Positions 1-7,462 of a stretch of DNA of 25,239 nt are shown here, piece by piece. The position numbers were made by a program, and so were the translations under genes. The notes beneath the pieces were generated by a model. The model saw nothing but the letters and a program-made list of their open reading frames with translations, made no database searches and was not told the origin of the DNA. Source of the stretch: an uncultured archaeon (lineage in GTDB: Archaea; Asgardarchaeota; Lokiarchaeia; Sigyniarchaeales; SOKP01); contig CAZBPC010000047.1 in assembly GCA_964493715.1 (NCBI GenBank), positions 1-25,239 on the forward strand, given 5' to 3'. The first letter of the stretch is position 1, and the number at the start of each line of letters is the position of its first letter.

Positions 1-631
1 CTTCATCGATAGATTTGCGACATTTTGGACAATGAATTTTTCCCGCGATTGATGATATGGTGGTTTCAGATTTGTCGCTATAAGTTATTTCTTCTGTTTT
101 TACATCTTTTACTCCTTTAGGTTTTTTAACTATGATTATTATAGGAATAATTACTATTGTAGAAAAAACCAAAATTAATGGAATCATCCCTAAACCGTAG
201 ACTATTTCAAAGTTTTTATTGTATGAAAATGCTCCCGTGGTATTTAAAGAGAACTGATATATACCCGGTAAGGTATTTATAAGAGAAAATAATTGTAAAT
301 AAAAGATCTGAGATATATTATTACCAGTTAATGATAATGAACGATTTCCAACACTAAAAAATTGCGGTCCTGCGGTTTCACTAAAAATGCATTGAATTTG
401 TCCTGTTTGATTTGCACTTATATTTAATTTAAGTTCAAGATTGAACCAAACCAATGAAGGAAGGTAAGTATCTATAGTGAAATTTTGAGCTCCTTGTGAT
501 ATTTGAATTTTTGATTGATCTTCTTGGGGTATATGATGACTTGAGTTTGCTATGAGTTTTAAAGGTGAGATAGAAATTGACGTGAGTATTAGTAATGTGA
601 GAATAGACAAATTTCGTGCAGTATGAGCCAT
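1..631 (-). CDS. Partial (3' end outside the window) single-pass membrane protein: signal peptide, extracellular domain, TM helix and cytoplasmic zinc-ribbon
   Basis: Not in the ORF track; translated by hand. ATG at 631-629 and open to the window edge: MAHTARNLSILTLLILTSISISP... N-x-S/T sequons (NFT, NIS, NQT, NRS, NTT), TM segment GMIPLILVFSTIVIIPIIIIV followed by KKPK, and ending ...KIHCPKCRKSIDE (CxxC). Confidence 0.8.
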   Translation of the reverse strand, partial: MAHTARNLSILTLLILTSISISPLKLIANSSHHIPQEDQSKIQISQGAQNFTIDTYLPSLVWFNLELKLNISANQTGQIQCIFSETAGPQFFSVGNRSLSLTGNNISQIFYLQLFSLINTLPGIYQFSLNTTGAFSYNKNFEIVYGLGMIPLILVFSTIVIIPIIIIVKKPKGVKDVKTEEITYSDKSETTISSIAGKIHCPKCRKSIDE

Positions 632-658
632 AAATTTCTAAACCTGATTCAAATTTTA

Positions 659-1618
659 TTAAAATTTAACTACATCAAGTGAATCCTTTCCATTACTTAT
701 TTTTAATAAAAACTCTTCCTTAATAATTTTTCCAATAACGGTGGCATTCATGTTATGCTTATCAAAGATCTTGAGAACCTCATCACTTTTATCTTCTGGA
801 GCACTTAATATATAGGACGTGGTTAGGTACATTTGTGTATATGTTTCCAAATCATAACCTTTTCTGACTAATAAGGGTGGAATTTTAATTTTATTGATGT
901 AAATTATAGCTCCAACATTAGAATATTTAATAAGTTGTAAAATTGTTCCAAATATTCCTGCATTGGAGATATCTTTAGCAGAATTAGCTAATTGTTGTTG
1001 AGCAATAATGTTCATGGACTTTCTCCTTAATAAAACCTCATTGGATTGTTTGAATGTAACTGTATCCCAATAATATTTGCTTACATCCGGTATTTTACCT
1101 GAGAAATCTACAGCTAATATGATATCATCGTTAATTTGTGCATTTTTTGCAGATAAATACAAGCTTTTTTTTATTTCTCCAATCATGGTGGAACTGAGTT
1201 CATCATAGTTGCTATTAAGATTGGTGTGTCCTCGTACTATCGGCACACGAAATTTTTGAGAACCTTCCATGGCTCCTTCAATTATTTTTTCACCAATCTG
1301 TTTGTTTTTAAAAGAAACTATCAAACTTGCCGCTAAAGGAGTTCCTCCACAACAATAAATGTCATCAATACCTACTAAAATTGAACTAAATCCTGCTCCA
1401 AATGGATTCTTTAAGACATATTCAGTTTTTATCCGATCAGTTGTTATTAGGATTAAATTCTCATTATCGAGAATCGATGCTGAATCTTCGCCAATATCTG
1501 AAAAAACTCTATCACTTTTATATGATTTAGACTGAATTAATTGAACAAATGGATCGATCTCTCTTTTTTCAATTATGTTTTTATTTTCTCTAATTGAAGA
1601 CGCAATCTTTTCCAGCAT
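659..1618 (-). CDS. AIR synthase-related (PurM/ThiL-like fold) protein, sll0787 / methanogenesis-marker-2-like
   Basis: Motifs GEDSA, ITTD, DDIYCCGGTPLA, RGHT and AKDISNAGIFGT are typical of the PurM/ThiL/SelD/HypE superfamily; 319 aa. Confidence 0.8.
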   Translation of the reverse strand: MLEKIASSIRENKNIIEKREIDPFVQLIQSKSYKSDRVFSDIGEDSASILDNENLILITTDRIKTEYVLKNPFGAGFSSILVGIDDIYCCGGTPLAASLIVSFKNKQIGEKIIEGAMEGSQKFRVPIVRGHTNLNSNYDELSSTMIGEIKKSLYLSAKNAQINDDIILAVDFSGKIPDVSKYYWDTVTFKQSNEVLLRRKSMNIIAQQQLANSAKDISNAGIFGTILQLIKYSNVGAIIYINKIKIPPLLVRKGYDLETYTQMYLTTSYILSAPEDKSDEVLKIFDKHNMNATVIGKIIKEEFLLKISNGKDSLDVVKF

Positions 1619-1702
1619 AATAGATCCAGTATAAAATTTAATATGTATTAGTGTTTCCTAATAATATATCTGATAATGATTCAAATAATTAAGCTTTAGG
1701 TT

Positions 1703-3205
1703 ATGGAAGAATTAATAAAATCTTCAATTTTCAATGGAGTAGTATTTGCAGTCTATGATAAGTTAGGTCCTCAACCCGTTTACATGTTTCCTCCCCCATT
1801 TAGGAGAAAATCTCAAGATGAGGGAAAACTAGAAAAACAAAAAGATTTGCTTGAATTGACGATGAGAGATTATACTCATATTTCTATTAAGAATCTCTCT
1901 CTATTAATAGGCGATGGATCTATTCTTGAGAAACCAGAAATAACGGAATTTAAACATTTTGGTATCATTCCATTTCCCGATTTTCATTCCACTTCTTTAA
2001 CTTTTTTCCACTTCGTTAAAATAGGACAAGCTGAACAACCAGCAGCAACAGCATTTTCTTTATTTATTGATGAAGATCGTAGAAGCTTTCTATATAACAA
2101 TATGGATCGCTTGAAAAATTCAATTATAGAATTTTTTCAGAAATTCGATAAAGAACTATTAGAGCAAGTAAAACCTCAAGAAGAAATAGAACACCATTTT
2201 AGATCTTTTTTAAAACAAGTTATGGATATAGAACAAGCACCATCCACATCATTTTCAGCACAAAGAAAATTGAAAATTATATTTACTGGCTTAGATAATA
2301 CTGGTAAGACATCGTTTCTACTTTCTATTGATAGAAAATATTCGAAATTAATTGGTGTAAAGCCTACTCTAGGTGCCAAAGTTCGCTCTATCGAAGCTCT
2401 TGGAGCCTCAATATTTCTTTGGGATTTAGGTGGTCAAGTTAGTCTTAGGCAAAAGTACCTTAATAAAGCTAACATTTATCTTTACGAAGCAGATTTAATA
2501 TTTTACTTTATAGATGTAAAAGATAAAAAAAGATTTGGAGAGAGTATTGAATATCTTGAGAATATTCAAAAAGTCTTACTTACTTTTGATCAAAAAACTC
2601 CTATCATGTATGTTTTATCAAAATCTGATCCAGATGTAATGCAATTACCCAAGATCAAGGAGAATATCGTGGAAATAACTCAAAATTTAGTTAATGTTTC
2701 ACATGGCGAACAGCCTGAAATATTTTTTACCAGTATTTTTGACTCTTTTTCAATCTTAAGAGCCTTTTCCTCAGGAATTTCTAAACTCAGCCCCAACCGT
2801 AAATTAATTGAACATAATTTGAGTAATTTCTCAAAAGAAACAAAAATTTATTTAGCATTATTGATGAGCAACGATGGTTTGATCATGGCAGAATTTTTTA
2901 CATCTAAAGCAATAAAAATCACTGCAATATCAAAACCAGAAGAATTATTAAATGTTTTTCAACTCACTGCCCCACAATTCGCGATCTTATATAAAATATT
3001 TTCTAAATATAGAACCGTTCCTCAAGATGAAACTATTTTTAAAGTCGCTAATTCAGTAATTCTCTTTAAAAAGGTAAATGTGAATCAATTTGGAATGTTT
3101 TTACTTCTATTAATGGATGATGAATCCAAAAAAGAAACTATAAACCTTAAATTACCAAATTTCCTCAAGATTACTGAAGATTTGTTGTTAACGTATATTT
3201 CTTAG
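1703..3205 (+). CDS. Multidomain small GTPase: N-terminal longin/uDENN-like domain, Rag/Arf-like GTPase, C-terminal roadblock-like domain
   Basis: G1 GLDNTGKTS (from aa 196), G2 PTLG, G3 WDLGGQ, G4 SKSD, and a Rag-type G5 region FTSIFDSFSILRAFS. The C-terminus has a roadblock-like LALLMSNDGLIMAE strand pattern. The N-terminal ~180 aa are homologous to those of 11225..12280. Confidence 0.85.
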   Translation: MEELIKSSIFNGVVFAVYDKLGPQPVYMFPPPFRRKSQDEGKLEKQKDLLELTMRDYTHISIKNLSLLIGDGSILEKPEITEFKHFGIIPFPDFHSTSLTFFHFVKIGQAEQPAATAFSLFIDEDRRSFLYNNMDRLKNSIIEFFQKFDKELLEQVKPQEEIEHHFRSFLKQVMDIEQAPSTSFSAQRKLKIIFTGLDNTGKTSFLLSIDRKYSKLIGVKPTLGAKVRSIEALGASIFLWDLGGQVSLRQKYLNKANIYLYEADLIFYFIDVKDKKRFGESIEYLENIQKVLLTFDQKTPIMYVLSKSDPDVMQLPKIKENIVEITQNLVNVSHGEQPEIFFTSIFDSFSILRAFSSGISKLSPNRKLIEHNLSNFSKETKIYLALLMSNDGLIMAEFFTSKAIKITAISKPEELLNVFQLTAPQFAILYKIFSKYRTVPQDETIFKVANSVILFKKVNVNQFGMFLLLLMDDESKKETINLKLPNFLKITEDLLLTYIS

Positions 3206-4104
3206 AAAATTTTTGTTAAGGGAGTTTTTTCCGAGATTTTCTTTCTAATGATTCTTTTTCTATAGTATGAATTAATACCAGCAATTAATGAAATTGCAGG
3301 GATGACACATTTTGCGAATTTTATTGGACCAAATAACACGAAATCACTTCCTGCATTGACACAATATGCCATCTGAGCAGCTATTGCGCCACATCGAGAA
3401 GCGTCCCCAAATTTTTTCCCAAAATTCCAAGCATAAACCGCGTTGGCAGGAGCAAATCCTGCAGGATACCCTAGTTCCTTTTTTATCATTCCGACGGTTT
3501 CAATATTAATTCCAATAGAAGGTAAATCTAAAACAGCTGTGTCTATAATAATATTCTCAATATTCGCTTTTTGAGCTTTAGGAATTAAGGTATTTTTTAA
3601 AAATTCCAACTTTTGCTTGGGAAAAATGCACATTGAGCTAAAAGTTAATAGTACTACATATTTCACTCCTATTTCCTTGATCTTCTCAAGATTCGCATCG
3701 CTTGTTGAGTCATCTATGCTATTTAGGATTGCTCGATCCAACAAACCTATTTCTTTCAAACCTTCTAATGCAGGAATGCGCGAACTATCATTTAACCCAT
3801 CTACTAAGAAAGGAAAATCAACCTTATCTGCAACGAATTCACATTCTTTAATGAGAGCCTCTGAATATCCTCCTACAACGTCTATAATGCCTTGCATATT
3901 GGTTTCATCAATAATCTCAGCATATTCATTCAATTCTTGTTCAGCGAGTTTTTCATCGATTTTCCCCGTTTTCTCATCTAATAAAGCCGCATGATTAGCA
4001 TAAAATACCGTACCAATCATGACTGGAGGATTCTCTCCCGGTTGGCCTCCTAATTTTACGTCTCCAATCTCGATTACTAATTGTTCTTTTTCAAAATTTA
4101 ACAT
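3202..4104 (-). CDS. mtrH: Tetrahydromethanopterin S-methyltransferase subunit H family (pterin-binding methyltransferase)
   Basis: N-terminus FEKEQLVIEIGDVKLGGQPGENPPVMIGTVFY, plus ILNSI, IIIDTAV, GFAPAN and GSDFVLFGPI, are characteristic of MtrH. Overlaps the convergent GTPase gene by 4 bp. Confidence 0.9.
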   Translation of the reverse strand: MLNFEKEQLVIEIGDVKLGGQPGENPPVMIGTVFYANHAALLDEKTGKIDEKLAEQELNEYAEIIDETNMQGIIDVVGGYSEALIKECEFVADKVDFPFLVDGLNDSSRIPALEGLKEIGLLDRAILNSIDDSTSDANLEKIKEIGVKYVVLLTFSSMCIFPKQKLEFLKNTLIPKAQKANIENIIIDTAVLDLPSIGINIETVGMIKKELGYPAGFAPANAVYAWNFGKKFGDASRCGAIAAQMAYCVNAGSDFVLFGPIKFAKCVIPAISLIAGINSYYRKRIIRKKISEKTPLTKIF

Positions 4105-4161
4105 TATAAATCATCTTTTTCAAAAGTTATGGATATGAGAAGAATTCATCATTATTATTTT

Positions 4162-5226
4162 TTAATTTTTATCTGCTTTAGTAGATAAGTCTCTTTTATG
4201 TGATTTAAACTTCTTGTTGATTAATGTACCTATATAAATAATGCTAATGATGAATTCTGGAATCCATTTGTGGAGGAGTAAGATAATAATTGCTGCTATA
4301 AAAGAGCTTGCCGCGCTAATTGATACATGAATGCTCTCCCAAGGATATCCAATATAATAGAGATAAATCTGAATTATCATTCGAATAATATTAACAACAT
4401 AAAATATTGCAGCAGACATAATGAGAGACTTAGCTTTGCGCCACACTATGTCCTTCTGGGTTCTCACATCCTTTGAATGAGGAATAAAAATTATTATTCC
4501 CGCAAATACACAAATTGCCTGAACTCCGGTACAAAAAGTTTCAAAATATATATTTGATTGACCAGGAACCCCAAAATTCCAATGATATGTCCCGACAGGC
4601 AAATAATTTGCAGTAGCACCCATATTAAAAAACAAATTAAGGAAATACACGGTTTGCTTAATCACGAGTTCATGAAGCCAATAATTCGCTTGATTATCAA
4701 AAAATAAATATATCAAATATGCTGATAATGGTGTTCCGATTGCAAATAAGATCAAGGAGAAATTCGAAAATACATATTTCTTATTTTCAAATTCAATTAC
4801 TGGACGATTGAAACTCTGTTCAATAATGTCGTTATCACTAGTTCCTCGACTATCTTTTTCAAATTTATCAACCATAATAAAAATTAACAGAACTAACAAC
4901 GGAATCATAACATTCCCAAAATTATCCCTGCTTAAGGATTCCATTAGTGGAATTGTAAATCCTATGGAATAAGCAAATGCAAGGTTTAATCCACTAATTA
5001 ATAGTATATTGAATCCTTTCCTAGACAAGATTTTAAATTTAGTACATTTAAATAAAATTAGCTCTTGAAAAAATAAGAAAACAATTGAAAGTATGGAAAA
5101 AAGTAAGATCAAACTAATTTGATTGAAAGGGGTTAATCGTCCGAAGTAAAATACACACACTAATAAAACTGATAAGATTATACTGATGAGGTACTTATTT
5201 TTTAAAAAAGATTTGACGTTAATCAC
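4162..5226 (-). CDS. Exosortase/archaeosortase family protein with an extra N-terminal membrane region
   Basis: Multi-TM protein with the catalytic Cys in FETFCTGVQ, Arg in VNIIR and His in WESIH. About 120 aa of additional N-terminal TM helices. GTG start, uncertain. Confidence 0.85.
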   Translation of the reverse strand: MINVKSFLKNKYLISIILSVLLVCVFYFGRLTPFNQISLILLFSILSIVFLFFQELILFKCTKFKILSRKGFNILLISGLNLAFAYSIGFTIPLMESLSRDNFGNVMIPLLVLLIFIMVDKFEKDSRGTSDNDIIEQSFNRPVIEFENKKYVFSNFSLILFAIGTPLSAYLIYLFFDNQANYWLHELVIKQTVYFLNLFFNMGATANYLPVGTYHWNFGVPGQSNIYFETFCTGVQAICVFAGIIIFIPHSKDVRTQKDIVWRKAKSLIMSAAIFYVVNIIRMIIQIYLYYIGYPWESIHVSISAASSFIAAIIILLLHKWIPEFIISIIYIGTLINKKFKSHKRDLSTKADKN

Positions 5227-5348
5227 CGTAATTATTTTGTAAAATTTGAAATATTTAAAAAATATTAAGTTTTTCTACTAAATCAAATAAGGGAATTTCT
5301 CTAATATTTAAAATAACCTATAAAAAATTTTCTAAAGAGATTCTTCAA

Positions 5349-5786
5349 TTGCTTTTAATAACAAGCATATTTTTCTTTATTAGTGATTACTGGATATTGC
5401 TTGTTGGAATCTTTATATGGGGTACAGGAAAAGGAGGATTTTGGGTCATAATGTCCCCTATATTAGCAAATACTATCGATGAGTCAATTGTAGATACAAA
5501 GCAGAGAAAAGAAGGAATTTATAATGGAGTTAAAACATTTATAAGTCGTGCTGCATTGGTTATTCAAGCTGTGAGTTTTTCAACTATTCATCTCTTGACC
5601 GGATTTGATCAAAGCCCAGATGCTACATCGCAAACTCCACTTGCCAACCTTGGTATTCAAATACACTTCGCGTTAATTCCAGCGATATCAATATTTGCTG
5701 GAGCATTCGTGTTCTGGAGGTATTATAAATTAACACCAGATAAAGTTGATCGGAATCGAGAGATTATTATCGAACAACAGCTATAA
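5349..5786 (+). pseudogene. 5'-truncated remnant of a GPH/MelB-type MFS transporter (last ~4 TM helices)
   Basis: ANTIDESIVDTKQRKEGIYNG and YYKLT motifs match the C-terminal part of glycoside-pentoside-hexuronide symporters. Only 145 aa with a TTG start, and no room upstream for the rest (the divergent gene starts at 5226). Confidence 0.75.
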
Positions 5787-5797
5787 TAATTTTCTAC

Positions 5798-5808
5798 TTT
5801 TTTTTTTT
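5798..5808 (+). terminator. Oligo-T archaeal-type terminator
   Basis: T11 run starting 12 nt after the stop codon at 5786. Confidence 0.45.
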
Positions 5809-5916
5809 AATAATATTATAAATAATTAAATTGATTTATAGAAAGATAAAATTTTTTTTAAAGGACGAGTTTTCATTAATCAGAATATAAAATTTTAATC
5901 TAGCAAGGGATTACAT

Positions 5917-6636
5917 ATGTCTGAAGAAAATCAAAGCGAAAAAAAACCTGAAAATAAAGAAGAAAAAGAGGAAAAGAAAGAAGTATCAGAATCTGGAGAA
6001 GAAAAAGCAAAATTTACCTTCAAATGTACACAATGTCAACGTTGTTGTCTAGAACGAGGCCCAATTCCAATTACATTTTGGGACTTAGAATTGTGGGCAC
6101 GTAATGGGGTTGTTGCAAATTTCATGCCTTATCTTGATATTTATGATAAACACGACGGTGGTTTGGATCTGATATTAAAACCATTACCTCCACCTCCAAA
6201 AGAAGGAGAGGAAACACCTAAAAAAGATCCTTTTGGAAGCATTCCAATTGAAGATCTATTAACTGTAAAGTGTCCTTTATATAATGTAGAACAGAAGAAA
6301 TGTTTAGTCTATGATAATCGCCCACTCTCTTGCCGCGTTTATCCACTCGAGTTTGACGGGAAAAACTTTACTATTGTGGATGTAGATTGCCCTGGAATCG
6401 GTGAAGAAGGCATGTCAAAAGAGGAACTTAAAGAAATGCGCGATACTGCTAAAACCATGTATTATGAGTTAACTAGAATGAGAATCGCTTTACCTGTTTT
6501 GAGTCAGATGATTTCGCAAAAAGTCATGATGGATTTGATGCGTCAAAACATGGAGGCAATGAGTAAAATGACAGATGAAGATCGAGCTAAGCTAGATGAG
6601 ATCTTTCAAAAGAACAAGGACGCTCCCGAACCTTAA
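5917..6636 (+). CDS. YkgJ-family (CxxCxxCC) cysteine-cluster protein
   Basis: FKCTQCQRCC, CPLY...CLVYDNRPLSCRVYP and DCPGIG. Charged low-complexity N-terminus and Met-rich helical C-terminus. Confidence 0.9.
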   Translation: MSEENQSEKKPENKEEKEEKKEVSESGEEKAKFTFKCTQCQRCCLERGPIPITFWDLELWARNGVVANFMPYLDIYDKHDGGLDLILKPLPPPPKEGEETPKKDPFGSIPIEDLLTVKCPLYNVEQKKCLVYDNRPLSCRVYPLEFDGKNFTIVDVDCPGIGEEGMSKEELKEMRDTAKTMYYELTRMRIALPVLSQMISQKVMMDLMRQNMEAMSKMTDEDRAKLDEIFQKNKDAPEP

Positions 6637-6793
6637 GTGATTTTATTTTTTTATATTTTATTTTTAATTTTGGTTAACAAAACCACCAAAAACTGAAAAC
6701 TAACAATTCTATTATTCAAAAAGCATTGAGATCCATAAATATTTGCTTTTAACACCAAAATATAAAAATAAAATATGCAATATAGTAAATTAT

Positions 6794-7312
6794 ATGGATC
6801 TATTAAACGTTAAAAATTCCATAATTAAATTAAAGCAAGGGGACATCACTGATTTAAAAGTTGATGCGATTGTTAATGCTGCTAACGCTCAACTCATTCT
6901 CGGGGGAGGAGTAGCAGGAGCGATTAGGAAAAAAGGAGGTCCACAAATACAAGAAGAATGCAATAAAATTGGAGGAACTTTTGTGGGTGGAGCAGTTATT
7001 ACTGGTGGGGGGAATTTGAAAGCAAAACACGTTATACATGCTGTAGGACCGAGAATGGGAGAAGGAGGAGAAGATCGAAAACTAAAAAATGCAACCTTAA
7101 ATAGTCTTAAGCTGATGGATGAATATGGATTACTTTCAATAGCCTTTCCAGCAATTTCGACAGGAATTTTTGGTTATCCAATTGAAAAATGTGCTAAAAT
7201 AATGATTTCAACGACAAAAGAATACTTGGAAGGTACCACGCAAATAAAAGAAGTAATATTTTGTTTGTATTCCTCATCTGATTTCGAAGTATTTGATAAA
7301 AACTTAATTTAA
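6794..7312 (+). CDS. Macrodomain protein (YmdB/MacroD-type O-acetyl-ADP-ribose deacetylase / ADP-ribosylhydrolase)
   Basis: GDIT, DAIVNAAN, GGGVAGAI, VIHAVGP and AFPAISTGIFGYP. ATG at 6794 is preferred over the TTG at 6743. Confidence 0.93.
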   Translation: MDLLNVKNSIIKLKQGDITDLKVDAIVNAANAQLILGGGVAGAIRKKGGPQIQEECNKIGGTFVGGAVITGGGNLKAKHVIHAVGPRMGEGGEDRKLKNATLNSLKLMDEYGLLSIAFPAISTGIFGYPIEKCAKIMISTTKEYLEGTTQIKEVIFCLYSSSDFEVFDKNLI

Positions 7313-7462
7313 ATCTGATTTTTCAAATTTTACTATCTAATCTAATAATACGGAATTATCTTTATTTATAAGTTAATTTGCTTACCTTTTTTTTTAGTGC
7401 AAAATTAATTAATTAGAAAGAAATTTGGTTAGGATTATTATTATCAAGTAAGCGAGATCATC

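Noticed and set aside
120-200. Archaeosortase sorting signal in the first ORF
   Set aside because: The TM helix and basic patch are followed by a further cytoplasmic domain rather than the C-terminus, and no PGF/PEF-like motif precedes the helix.
659-1618. Selenophosphate synthetase (SelD) or ThiL assignment
   Set aside because: There is no N-terminal Cys/Sec-x-x-Lys motif of SelD and no in-frame TGA. The motifs fit only the broader AIR-synthase-related group.
6743-6793. N-terminal extension of the macrodomain ORF from TTG 6743
   Set aside because: AT-rich, promoter-like sequence; the ATG at 6794 gives a normal-length macrodomain.
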